Assembly (NCBI GenBank): GCA_029243025.1
Contig: JAQWSU010000018.1
Span: forward strand, 25,558 to 89,557
Origin: Pirellulaceae bacterium
GTDB lineage: Bacteria; Planctomycetota; Planctomycetia; Pirellulales; Pirellulaceae
Direction: 5' to 3'
Length of the DNA stretch: 64,000 nt
Position 1 is the first letter of the stretch; every line of letters begins with the position of its first letter. Positions 39,724 to 49,575 of the stretch are shown here, piece by piece. The position numbers were made by a program, and so were the translations under genes. Under the pieces are notes generated by a model, which searched no databases, was not told where the DNA came from, and worked only from the letters and a program-made list of their open reading frames with translations.

Positions 39724-41202
39724 CTATACCGATACTTTCTCTTCTGCTTCTGAAATCTCTTCGTGATACTCTTGTTCCGTGTTCACAGCCCACAGATCGT
39801 GGTCTCGCCCCATCAACAGATTCTCTACGGCGAGCATACCGGTCAACATCGCGTGATCTTGATTATTGTAACGGTGTAATCCATTACGTCCGACAGTCTG
39901 TAGATTTTCAAGCCCATCAACGTACTCGCGTAGTACAGACAGATGTACGCGATAGTCAGAATCGTAAACAGGATAAGATTTCTGCACACGGAAAACGCAT
40001 CCGTCCTCGACGTCAGAATAATCAATTAAACCTAATTGGTCCATTTCGCGTTTACCCAATTCGATGAGATCCTCATCGGCCATCGTCCAGACCTCATCGC
40101 CTTCATTGCAGAAATACTCGAGTCCCAAACTACTCTGCTCCGAGTTCGGCACCATGTCCGGACTCCAGTTCTTGTAGTTTTGGATGCGACCAACCTTGAC
40201 CCCCGGGTCATGAATGTAGATCCAATTGTCTTGAAACAATTCAGCTCGGTTAACAATTAAACAAACTGTCAAAAAGTCCCGATAACTCAATTCACCTGCC
40301 GCCGCAAGCACATGATCCGGTGCGGGAGGATCAAGTTTTCGCACCAGTTCCGTCAACGGCATACTCGAAATAAAATCTGTTCCCTCAACTGCTTCCTCTT
40401 GACCGTCGCAAGCAATGATCACTTGTTTCACCTTATTTCCATCGCGCACGATACGAACCACATCAGAGTTCATTCGCACATGATTACCCTGATCCTTAAT
40501 GGATGTCGCCACCGCTCGCCACATCATACCGGGCCCCAGGCGCGGGTAATGAAATCTATCGATCAGCGTCTTGATCGACTTGTCGGGCTTGCGGAACATG
40601 TTCAAAACAGCAGTCCGCAAGGACAAACCCTTAATACGCTGAGCAGCCCACTCAGCCTTCAATTCCGTACAGGGAATACCCCAAACTTTTTCCGTATAGG
40701 TCTTAAAGAATGTTTCAAAAAGCCGCTTACCAAACCGGTTCGTCACCCATTGTTCGAACGTGTCTTCGATTCGGTAAGGAAACAGTTGCCAACGAAAATA
40801 GCTAAGGAGAATCAGAAAACTCTCGATCGGCCCGAGACTGACAAACGTGTTGAACGGCTTAAGCGGGTAGTAAAAAAAACGGCGACGATAAAAAATCCTC
40901 GACAGTCGATCCCGTTCAATGAAGTCGTCAACCAACACTTTTTCCCAAAACTTTTGGACATCTCGAGACTTTGTAAAGAATCGATGACCTCCCATGTCGA
41001 AGGAGAAACCACGGTAAGATTCGGTTCGAGAAATACCACCAACAATGGCGGCTTTCTCCAACACTGTAGTTTGTATCCCTCGATCTGTTAACTTACTAGC
41101 AGCCGTCAGTCCAGAAGGCCCACCACCAATCACAACCACTTCACGATCGGAATTTTGCACTGTCATTTTTTTCGATTGCTCTGCAAAACTTTGATTGGGC
41201 AA
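39724..41202 (-). CDS. NAD(P)/FAD-dependent oxidoreductase (amine-oxidase/UDP-galactopyranose-mutase-like fold)
   Basis: VVVIGGGPSGLTAASKL...VLEKAAIVGGISRTESYRGFSFDMGGHRFFTK is a dinucleotide-binding motif, and the C-terminus reads QTVGRNGLHRYNNQDHAM. The substrate is unknown. Confidence 0.8.
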   Translation of the reverse strand: MPNQSFAEQSKKMTVQNSDREVVVIGGGPSGLTAASKLTDRGIQTTVLEKAAIVGGISRTESYRGFSFDMGGHRFFTKSRDVQKFWEKVLVDDFIERDRLSRIFYRRRFFYYPLKPFNTFVSLGPIESFLILLSYFRWQLFPYRIEDTFEQWVTNRFGKRLFETFFKTYTEKVWGIPCTELKAEWAAQRIKGLSLRTAVLNMFRKPDKSIKTLIDRFHYPRLGPGMMWRAVATSIKDQGNHVRMNSDVVRIVRDGNKVKQVIIACDGQEEAVEGTDFISSMPLTELVRKLDPPAPDHVLAAAGELSYRDFLTVCLIVNRAELFQDNWIYIHDPGVKVGRIQNYKNWSPDMVPNSEQSSLGLEYFCNEGDEVWTMADEDLIELGKREMDQLGLIDYSDVEDGCVFRVQKSYPVYDSDYRVHLSVLREYVDGLENLQTVGRNGLHRYNNQDHAMLTGMLAVENLLMGRDHDLWAVNTEQEYHEEISEAEEKVSV

Positions 41203-41755
41203 GTGACTATTCTCGCTTCGCCCATTCCAAACTCATCAGACTAACTAGAAAATCAACAGACACTTTTGGAGCCGCAATTCTGCAATCCGAATCGTCCCTG
41301 CCAAAAACAACACTGTATTCTCGCAAACGAATCGTTATTTTCGTCACGGGAACGCTCGACCGACGGCCTACTGGCATCATGACCGACAAATGTAGGATTC
41401 TGTCAGGCGTTGGTCAAATCTTAAGAACAATGCATCAAGTCAATTTTTGAAACATAGCGATCGGAAGACGAATAGCGCCATTCGATTCATCCTAGTCATT
41501 CGCCTGCAAAAACCCCAATCTTGGCAGAGCCGACAAATGCGATTCATCCAAAGTCAGCGTCACTACCGCTATTCAATAGTTGGGCTTGCAAACTCAATCA
41601 GGATGCCATGCGAGATCGAATGCCGAAGATCATAACAGCCCCCCAGGCTATTCACGTGGCGCAAATCTACATCTACATGATTTGGGAATATTATTTCCGT
41701 CACAACCCCAGCAGAGCTCCCAATCCAGCAGAACGGCTCGTCCGATGAGAATCGC

Positions 41756-43801
41756 TTACTTCTCTGCTGAAAGAATGACGTCTCGTGGAGCAATCACTTC
41801 AATCAAGTCTGGCAGGTCGTACTTCAAAAGTGCGCCCGGAACCACGTATCCCAATAAATCTCGAGTCAACGGTTTCGCGACAACATCTTCTACCCAGGAC
41901 TCAATTGAGTCATTGACGGCCACGGAAGCAAATCGCCGATCGAGGGCGGCGGCGTGCAAGACCACCGGCCCCGTCTTCCCTCGACCAATGAGGTGAACCG
42001 ATTCAAAATCATGAAATTCCGAGAGGCTACTTGCCGCAGCTAGAATCTGATCAACCCGTTGTCCGAGGAGCGGTCGACCAATGTGAAACGCGAGATTCGC
42101 AATACGATGTTCGCTATTGTAGTACTTGGCTTTACTTCCTTGATCTGCAGTTTCCCCCACCCCTGCGATGTCAAGCGCCAAGACAACCCAACCGGCCTGC
42201 ACAAGCTTTTCATTGTCTCCTCCGACTGCTGCAGCATTCGTTTTCCCGACCGAGTCAACGATGATGACCGCAGGACATTTCCTACTTTTATCGTTTGGTA
42301 AAAACAGCAAGCCCGGAAGCGGAACCATATTTCTTTGACGAATCAGCAGTTTTTCGATGCGATACTTATCACGATCAATCGTTTCTTTCAGCTGGATTGT
42401 TTTTTCTTCGGACGCCTGAGTCAAACCGATCTGGCGCGCAACCTCGGCAAGACAATCTGCCGGATCCCGATCTCCCCAGAACCGTCGTCTTTGATCGGAC
42501 AACTCTCGCGCCCGAGCTAAGTTCATCTTTGCCACTGTATCTGCTTGTTTGAAGGCGGTAGCCACTTGGCCTGTGCTAGTCACTTGAAGCGATCGCTCCG
42601 GCTGAAGCTGCATGGCCGGTTCACGAACCTGCTTGGTGTCATCATTCAGCCATCGCTTCATCCAACCAACAACCGCTTCACGATGGGGCTCAAGAAAACC
42701 GTGCTCGCCACCATGGGAAAACAAGGCGGTTCGTTCGGGTTGACCAAGAACCGTGTAGAGTGAAGCTGCTTCCGTCGCCGCATCCTTCGTCGATTCGTAG
42801 TCAAAAAAGTCCTGCTGAGCCGCCAACGTCAGTGTTGGCTTCGGTGCACGCATCCAGTAATAATCGATGTGGTCAATACCCAGCGCTACTTCGCTAGGTA
42901 GGTGCTGACAGCCATCGGCAGGACCGATCGTTTCATACTTTCGCTGCTTCCGCATAACGTAACAGGATGGAGCTGCCGGTCCGACTCGGGGATCTAACGC
43001 CATCAAAAAATTTGTCTGCGTACCCCCGCCCGAAGTTCCTGTCAGGCCAATTGGTTTCTCCTGATCAACCTCATGACGACTGAGCAGATAATCGATGCTG
43101 CGAATCCCATCCCAGGCCTCGTACCCGACGATGCTTCGCCCAACCAACAGAGAGCCAGCATTCAACATCGCATGGGTCGTCGTTCCGTGACGGGGAGCAT
43201 CAACTAATTGATGCCGTTCCCCTTGACAGATTGGATCATAGATCAGCGTTACAAAACCATTCAGCGCCAACAATGTACAAACTTTCTGGTAGGACTCATA
43301 AGCCTTGCCATTCGCACTGTGTCCACACGCCACAGCGACACCGGGAAAGGGTCCCTTGCCTTTTGTAGGAAGGTAAAGATTCGCGGTTACATGATGGTTT
43401 GGTCGACTCTCATACACAACCTTCTCAATCTTATAGCCGTTACATTCAATCACCCCAGTCGTCCTTGCGTTCAAAGCATTTTTTCGCTGAGGCAATTCGC
43501 CGATAATTCGCCGAAAATCACGCAACAACTGCCGCTGTCGGCGACCTGCCGTTGTAGGTGAAGCCAAGGCCGCTTTGACCTCTACTTTTCGTTGTTGATA
43601 GTGGCGACGAGACTGCTGGAGAAGGGTTTCAAATACCACTTTTTCGCCACCCTTTGGCATCACCTCCAGTTGCCCCGCCAACAACGGAGCAGTAGCGAGC
43701 CAGATCATTGTGCCGAAACAGAGGCGAGAAGGGACAAAAAGGCATCGCTTCGTTCGATCCATTCTTCTTTTCCTCTCATCAACGACCTGCTGATGATTCA
43801 C
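41756..43801 (-). CDS. Two-domain alpha/beta hydrolase (acetyl-xylan-esterase/carbohydrate-esterase-like), secreted; paralog of 47422-49425
   Basis: YESRPNHHVTANLYLP...ACGHSANGK...YDPICQGER...IGLTGTSGGG (GxSxG)...; the second alpha/beta-like half carries HLIGRGKTGPVVLHAAALD. The likely true start is the ATG at 43762 (MDRTKRCLF..., with GAGAGGAAA upstream). Confidence 0.75.
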   Translation of the reverse strand: MNHQQVVDERKRRMDRTKRCLFVPSRLCFGTMIWLATAPLLAGQLEVMPKGGEKVVFETLLQQSRRHYQQRKVEVKAALASPTTAGRRQRQLLRDFRRIIGELPQRKNALNARTTGVIECNGYKIEKVVYESRPNHHVTANLYLPTKGKGPFPGVAVACGHSANGKAYESYQKVCTLLALNGFVTLIYDPICQGERHQLVDAPRHGTTTHAMLNAGSLLVGRSIVGYEAWDGIRSIDYLLSRHEVDQEKPIGLTGTSGGGTQTNFLMALDPRVGPAAPSCYVMRKQRKYETIGPADGCQHLPSEVALGIDHIDYYWMRAPKPTLTLAAQQDFFDYESTKDAATEAASLYTVLGQPERTALFSHGGEHGFLEPHREAVVGWMKRWLNDDTKQVREPAMQLQPERSLQVTSTGQVATAFKQADTVAKMNLARARELSDQRRRFWGDRDPADCLAEVARQIGLTQASEEKTIQLKETIDRDKYRIEKLLIRQRNMVPLPGLLFLPNDKSRKCPAVIIVDSVGKTNAAAVGGDNEKLVQAGWVVLALDIAGVGETADQGSKAKYYNSEHRIANLAFHIGRPLLGQRVDQILAAASSLSEFHDFESVHLIGRGKTGPVVLHAAALDRRFASVAVNDSIESWVEDVVAKPLTRDLLGYVVPGALLKYDLPDLIEVIAPRDVILSAEK

Positions 43802-43936
43802 TTTCGAAAGCGTTAGATGAGCACCGCATCAAATCCCAAATCTCGCGTGAACCGATCCATCGAGCACATGTTTCCGCACGGTCGGATCTTGTCTAAGACA
43901 AGCGTCTCTTACGCCCCCAACATCTTGCCAGACCGA

Positions 43937-45415
43937 CTACTTCGATTCCTTTTTCGACTTAGACTGTCTTCGCTTTTCTTGCCGTTCAGCGCGTAGACGC
44001 TTACGTCGCAAGCTACGTTCGGAAACAGATGGTTGGGTTTCGACATCGCCAGAATCGATTCGCTTTTGACCGCCAGTAATAGGATCGACCATTTGATCGA
44101 TCCAAGCATCAAAAGCGGTTCTCAACTCGCGAACCCGCCGCGGTTCACGATCCGCAAGGTCCGTCGTCTCCGTTGGGTCTTTTCCCAAATTGATCAGCTC
44201 CAACTTTCCACGACGGTGATGGAGCTTCCAGTCACCCTGACGAACAGCCCATTCATCTTCTTTTCCCTTGCTCCAAAACAAAGTCTCATGATGTCTTGAC
44301 GTCTGATTTGCCAGGAGTGGAAGCAGGCTTTTCCCATCAAATTCGTGCTCCGTTGGAAGACCATCGGTAGCGTCTAGGACCGTCGGTAAAATGTCGAACG
44401 AAATCACCGGCGCGTCAATCGATCGTTTGCCTGCAAACCGTTGGGGCCAACTTACAATCAATGGCGTCCGAATACCACCTTCATCAAGGCTGGATTTAAA
44501 ACCTCGCAACGGTGAGTTGTCGGCACTCATGCCCTTCGCACCACCGTTGTCGGTCAGAAAAAAGAGCAACGTATTATCGAACAGTTCTTCCTGCTGCAGC
44601 TTGTCCACGACCTGACCGACACCATCATCCAGGTGCTTCAACATCGCCATCAAGATCGTCCGCCTCTCACTGAGTTGTGAAAATTCGGCTCGAACCGCAT
44701 CAATGTCAGCTTGAGGAGCCTCAGCCGGCGCGTGGACAGCGTTGTACGCCAGATAGAGAAAAAACGGGCGTTCTTTATTCCGATCAATAAACGCGACCGC
44801 TTCCTCGGTTAGCCGCGTCGTCAGATAACCTTCGTCGTCAATGCGCTGCTTATTACGATAAATGGGGTGAGAAAATTTGGCAGCACCGTCACTGCGAAGA
44901 TCGAAATAACTATGCCCTCCACGCCCCATAAATTTGTAGCACTCATCGAAACCACGATTCATTGCATGCCACTTGAGTCGGGGATAATCATCATCCAAAC
45001 CGAGATGCCATTTTCCAATCGCTGACGAAATATATTCGTCTGGAAGAAATGCCGGAAAGATTTTTTTGCTTGGATCAAAGCCGCGCCCACCGTCACCTGC
45101 CGTATAGACCCCCACGCGTTGTGAATAGCCTCCGATCATTAATCCGGCTCGCGTCGGCGAACAGACATGACCGCTCGTATAAGCTTGCGTAAAAAGCACC
45201 CCTTGCTTGGCGAGTGCGTCCATATTCGGCGTTGAAACCTCAGCAGCATGATGTTCGTTCAAACTGATATCTGCGTAGCCTTGATCGTCGGTCAGAATCA
45301 CCACGATGTTAGGTAAAGACCTACTGTCCGCGGCCAGTTTGGCTGTTGGCAGCATGCTGATGAAAAAAATGAGCAGTGCACGGCGAAAGTCGAGATTCAC
45401 AATCGGTTCCTTCAA
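43937..45415 (-). CDS. Cys-type sulfatase (arylsulfatase family)
   Basis: Signal-like N-terminus. IVVILTDDQGYADIS...TSGHVCSPTRAGLMIGGY (CxPxR formylglycine motif)...GKWHLG...LFFLTDNGG. Confidence 0.93.
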   Translation of the reverse strand: MKEPIVNLDFRRALLIFFISMLPTAKLAADSRSLPNIVVILTDDQGYADISLNEHHAAEVSTPNMDALAKQGVLFTQAYTSGHVCSPTRAGLMIGGYSQRVGVYTAGDGGRGFDPSKKIFPAFLPDEYISSAIGKWHLGLDDDYPRLKWHAMNRGFDECYKFMGRGGHSYFDLRSDGAAKFSHPIYRNKQRIDDEGYLTTRLTEEAVAFIDRNKERPFFLYLAYNAVHAPAEAPQADIDAVRAEFSQLSERRTILMAMLKHLDDGVGQVVDKLQQEELFDNTLLFFLTDNGGAKGMSADNSPLRGFKSSLDEGGIRTPLIVSWPQRFAGKRSIDAPVISFDILPTVLDATDGLPTEHEFDGKSLLPLLANQTSRHHETLFWSKGKEDEWAVRQGDWKLHHRRGKLELINLGKDPTETTDLADREPRRVRELRTAFDAWIDQMVDPITGGQKRIDSGDVETQPSVSERSLRRKRLRAERQEKRRQSKSKKESK

Positions 45416-45453
45416 TAGAACTCATGGAGCAGTCGCTGAAGTCCGTTCGTCGA

Positions 45454-47001
45454 TTACTGCGGCAAACTGACACCCGTCGCCAAGAACTCGACGTCCCGAT
45501 CGTTTTTGATCGGTTGCCCCGGTGTACAACGGCCTTTGCGAACTTGCTCATCCAAAAGCAATAACAACGTGCGCACCTGATCAACTTCTTCGAGCACCAG
45601 ATTCTTGGTTTCGCCTGGATCTTGATCCAAATTGTAGAGTTGCATCGATGGTAATCCTTGCTTTTTCGCTACGGCCTCTCGGGGAGCACTCCATCCACCG
45701 CTGCCACCGCACAGGCACAACTTCCAAGGTCCCTGTCGGATCGCGAATGAACCACCGATTGAATGACTGATCAGCGTTCCCCTCTCAGAGGTCGCCGCAC
45801 CGTTGAACACAGGAGTCAGGTCGTAGCCATCTTCACCACCTACCGCCTGCCTTTCTTGCTCCGTAATTCTTTCCAACGTCGAATACACGTCGGTCAAGCA
45901 TGCCAACGCATTGGTTCGACGTCCCCCTTTGATTTGATCCGGCCAACGCACAATGAATGGGACTCGATGGCCACCTTCATAAATGTCAGCCTTGTGTCCA
46001 CGATAAAGACTGCTGGGCCGATGGCCATTCTTTTCGAGTAGGGGAAAGTTTGCTTCGGGCGAGCAGCCGTTGTCACTGGTAAAAATCACCAGCGTCTGAT
46101 CTTCAAGGCCAGCCTCATCAATCGTCGCAAGTAACTCACCTAGGTGGTGATCCATTTGCATCACGAAATCGGCATAAGGATTCAGTCCACTGGCATCCTT
46201 AAAAGGCGGAACGGGAACGATCGGCGTATGCGGCGCTGGCAACGCCAAATAGAGAAAGAATGGCTGACCTTCTTTCGCCGCTCCGGTTCGCGATTTCACA
46301 TAATCAATGGATTTACCAAAAAGATGAGGTAAAACTTCCGGAATGTTGAAGTCCCCTCCAATCGGCCCTTTGCGATACCAGCCGTACCGATCCTGTTTGC
46401 GAGTGACGCCTTCGACGCGATCCGGCTTAGAGGTAATCCGGCCGGTATCAACCCAAACATAAGGCGGCATGTCCAACGATCCACAATGCGCGTAGTACTG
46501 TTGAAAACCATTGATATCGGGCCCGTTCTTGACGGGCGCGGTAAAATCAATCTGATTTCCGTCCTTCTGCCAATCCCAACCCAGATGCCATTTGCCAATC
46601 ATGGCAGTATGGTAACCTGCTTTCCCCATGAGATGACCTAACGTCGGGCGGCTCTGCGGAATCAAGTGGGAACTCGTCCCACTGAGTACACCTCTGGAAA
46701 GACGGGAACGCCAGTTGTAGCGTCCCGTCAGCAGCCCGTAACGCGTCGGTGTACAAACCGAACTTGGCGTATGAGCGTCCAAAAAGGTTAGCCCCTCATC
46801 TGCCAGCATCTGCAGATGGGGCGTCTTGATCTTGCATTCTGGATTGGTCGGAGACACATCACCAAAACCTAAGTCGTCTGCCATCACGATGATGACGTTC
46901 GGCCTCGCGCCGTACGAACTATTCGCAACGACGGCTGTCAGCAGTAGATTTGGCAAAACCGCGAAGATGAGAAAGCGGATCCTGGGTTTCAGGCTTTTCA
47001 T
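45454..47001 (-). CDS. Cys-type sulfatase (arylsulfatase A family)
   Basis: NVIIVMADDLGFGDVS...SSVCTPTRYGLLTGRY (CxPxR)...GKWHLG...VIFTSDNGC...GHKADIYEGGHRVPFIVRWP. Confidence 0.93.
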   Translation of the reverse strand: MKSLKPRIRFLIFAVLPNLLLTAVVANSSYGARPNVIIVMADDLGFGDVSPTNPECKIKTPHLQMLADEGLTFLDAHTPSSVCTPTRYGLLTGRYNWRSRLSRGVLSGTSSHLIPQSRPTLGHLMGKAGYHTAMIGKWHLGWDWQKDGNQIDFTAPVKNGPDINGFQQYYAHCGSLDMPPYVWVDTGRITSKPDRVEGVTRKQDRYGWYRKGPIGGDFNIPEVLPHLFGKSIDYVKSRTGAAKEGQPFFLYLALPAPHTPIVPVPPFKDASGLNPYADFVMQMDHHLGELLATIDEAGLEDQTLVIFTSDNGCSPEANFPLLEKNGHRPSSLYRGHKADIYEGGHRVPFIVRWPDQIKGGRRTNALACLTDVYSTLERITEQERQAVGGEDGYDLTPVFNGAATSERGTLISHSIGGSFAIRQGPWKLCLCGGSGGWSAPREAVAKKQGLPSMQLYNLDQDPGETKNLVLEEVDQVRTLLLLLDEQVRKGRCTPGQPIKNDRDVEFLATGVSLPQ

Positions 47002-47421
47002 TCGGTGATCTCACTGAAGAATGATAAAGTAAAAAGTCGGTTCGCAGCATTTAAGTTTAGTCTCTCAGGCTGTGATTTGCGACGCTTTGTACTTCGCGAC
47101 CAATCAGCTTGACTCCTAGCGCATCGAAAGGACAAGATCGTTCGCGATGGCCTTCCGAGCAGACACGGTCGATTTGGGCAAGATCGAGCCAAGCATCTAT
47201 CAAGGCATGTAAGGCAACGATCGATGAAGCGATTTCTCTCATCGCCTAGCCATGCGGATCAAATCGCCCCTAAAAAATTTTCATCCCACCGTTGCACAGA
47301 CGACGGCATGACAAGCATGGGATATGATATTGGAGTCTGTATCAAGCATCGATCGGTCGATAGATCTTCGATGCATCAAGTTCAAACGAAATTAATTCCT
47401 GCGTCTTTTCGGAGAAATTCC

Positions 47422-49425
47422 ATGAGACAGGTTTTCTTGTTTTTGCTCGTCGTTAGCTCCGCCTGTTATGGAAAGGTGCACGCCGATAACTTGACTTGTC
47501 TGAGTGACGATGAGCGGCAAAGTGCTGCCCTATATGGGCAACTTCAGCAAAAGGCTTATGCATTACTTGATCGTCGTGACGCGGCCTTCGAACAACTGAA
47601 ATCATCGGCACAGATCCGCGCACACCAACAAAAGCTGAAATCCTTCCTGCTTGAGCAACTGGGCGGTTTTCCGGAACGCACCAGCCTCAATGCACGCACC
47701 GTTCGCAGCATCGAAGCTGACGGCTATCGAATTGAAAATGTAATCTTCACGAGTGTACCCCACCACCATATTACCGCCAATCTATACCTGCCTTCTCAAA
47801 GTGGCCCGGTACCTGGCATCGTGGTTTCGAGTGGTCACAGTCGCACCGGTAAGACAGCTGATTATAACCAGCGTTTTGGCATCATGATGGCCAAACACGG
47901 CATGGCCGCACTTTGTTATGACCCAATCGGACAGGGCGAACGTTCGCAGATTCTCGATTCCGAAGGCGAACCCAAGTTCGGCAGCACCACAACCGAACAT
48001 TTCCTGATGGGAGTTGGTTCGACTCTCGTGGGTCGTAATACGGCCCGATATCGAGTTTGGGATGCGATGCGATCCATTGATTATCTCGCCAGTCGCGCCG
48101 AGGTGGACGCTAATCGAATTGGCTTCACGGGGTGTTCGGGAGGCGGGACATTGACCAGCTATGTGATGGCATTGGACGATCGGGTCGCTTGTGCGGCCCC
48201 GGCTTGTTATCTAACAACGTTTCGTCGATTGATTGAAACGATTGGGCCTCAGGATGCCGAACAAAACATTTTTGGACAACTCGCATTCGGACTCGATCAC
48301 CCAGATTACTTGATCATGCGCGCACCACGCCCAACTCTGATCAGCTCAAACACCGATGACTTCTTCGACATCCAGGGAAGTTGGGCGAACTTCCGTCAGG
48401 CCAAACGCATCTATGGACAACTGGGCTTTCCCGAACGTGTGGACTTAGTCGAGATCGCCGGCAAACATGGCGTCGCCCCTCAAAACTTAGCCACCATCAC
48501 GCATTGGATGAAACGGTGGCTGTTAGCTACCGACCAACCCGTCGCGGCGACCGAACTGGCCGTGCGTCCTGCTCGCGACCTCTGGTGTACTGACACGGGA
48601 CAAATCCTAACCACTTTCCCCAACGAACAATCCGTATTCGAATTGAACGCCCTACACGAGCAAGAGCTGAAGGTCCAGCGAGAAGAAATGTGGAAGACAA
48701 CTGCTCCCGATGCGATGAAAACAAAGATTCGGCAGCTGATTAAGGTGCGGGATGCCTCCGAGATGAAACCACCGGTAGTTGAGGATATCGGTCGGGTCCC
48801 ACGTGAAACCTATCACATTGACAAGCTTGTCTTGCGCACCGATACCGGCGCCACTTTAGCAGGTCTAACCTTGCACCCAGCCGGCCCCTCGGATGACGCC
48901 TATCTTTATTTGCACGACGACGGAAAGATCGGAGACATTCATCCCAACGGCCCGATTGCGGACCTGATGGAAGAAGGGCATGTCGTGATTACCGTTGACT
49001 TGCGCGGTCAAGGTGAGACGGGAAGTCCAAAACGCGATCCCTTACTCACGGACTGGAAGACGTACTATCTCGCCTACTTGCTGGGCAAGCCCCTGCTAGG
49101 AATGAGGGTCGAAGACGCATTGGCAGCCGCCGATTTTGTTGCGTACTATGAAAAGCCCAGAAACGATCCTCGCGAGGTGCATCTGGTCGGCGTTGGACAG
49201 GCTGGCATCATTGCGTTACACGCAGCCGCCTTGCAGCCGCAACTGTTTACATCCGTCACGCTACGCAATGTCCCCAGGGAATGGGCTTCCATCCTGGAAC
49301 AAGAGATTCCAACCGGCAGCCTCGAAAACGCAGTCCATGGCGCACTGACTGTTTACGATTTACCCAACCTCGTGCAACTCATCGGCAACGACAAGGTTCG
49401 TTTCGAACAGCCGCAAACCGACTAA
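47422..49425 (+). CDS. Two-domain alpha/beta hydrolase (carbohydrate-esterase-like), secreted; paralog of 41756-43801
   Basis: GGAGA RBS upstream of the ATG at 47422. Signal MRQVFLFLLVVSSACYGKVHA. FTSVPHHHITANLYLP...SSGHSRTGK...YDPIGQGER...IGFTGCSGGG (GxSxG)...; the second half carries HLVGVGQAGIIALHAAALQ. The track ORF starts at 47224. Confidence 0.78.
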   Translation: MRQVFLFLLVVSSACYGKVHADNLTCLSDDERQSAALYGQLQQKAYALLDRRDAAFEQLKSSAQIRAHQQKLKSFLLEQLGGFPERTSLNARTVRSIEADGYRIENVIFTSVPHHHITANLYLPSQSGPVPGIVVSSGHSRTGKTADYNQRFGIMMAKHGMAALCYDPIGQGERSQILDSEGEPKFGSTTTEHFLMGVGSTLVGRNTARYRVWDAMRSIDYLASRAEVDANRIGFTGCSGGGTLTSYVMALDDRVACAAPACYLTTFRRLIETIGPQDAEQNIFGQLAFGLDHPDYLIMRAPRPTLISSNTDDFFDIQGSWANFRQAKRIYGQLGFPERVDLVEIAGKHGVAPQNLATITHWMKRWLLATDQPVAATELAVRPARDLWCTDTGQILTTFPNEQSVFELNALHEQELKVQREEMWKTTAPDAMKTKIRQLIKVRDASEMKPPVVEDIGRVPRETYHIDKLVLRTDTGATLAGLTLHPAGPSDDAYLYLHDDGKIGDIHPNGPIADLMEEGHVVITVDLRGQGETGSPKRDPLLTDWKTYYLAYLLGKPLLGMRVEDALAAADFVAYYEKPRNDPREVHLVGVGQAGIIALHAAALQPQLFTSVTLRNVPREWASILEQEIPTGSLENAVHGALTVYDLPNLVQLIGNDKVRFEQPQTD

Positions 49426-49575
49426 GCTTGCCACCGGCAATTCGCAACGATCGACATCGTGTCAAAGATTCGATGTGCAAAGACAATGTTCAACTCAACG
49501 TTGAGCTGCCAGTGTCTTGCCGAATCCCCCTTCGCATCACGATCGATTTCATCCGTTCTGCCGCATAGTGCTCAT

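Noticed and set aside
40312-41091. 259-aa plus-strand ORF. Similar long antisense ORFs occur at 23347-23877, 52456-52944, 57274-57795, 5968-6510 and 29968-30501.
   Set aside because: Each lies entirely antisense to, or out of frame within, a gene with strong family motifs. They have biased Arg/Ser/Cys/His composition and no RBS. They are typical shadow ORFs of GC-moderate genomes.
49493-49504. 12-bp perfect palindrome ctcaacgttgag, plus a 6-bp-stem hairpin at 49456-49478, between the convergent genes 47422-49425 and 49576-50415.
   Set aside because: The stems are too short or weak and lack T-tracts, so I cannot call a terminator with confidence.
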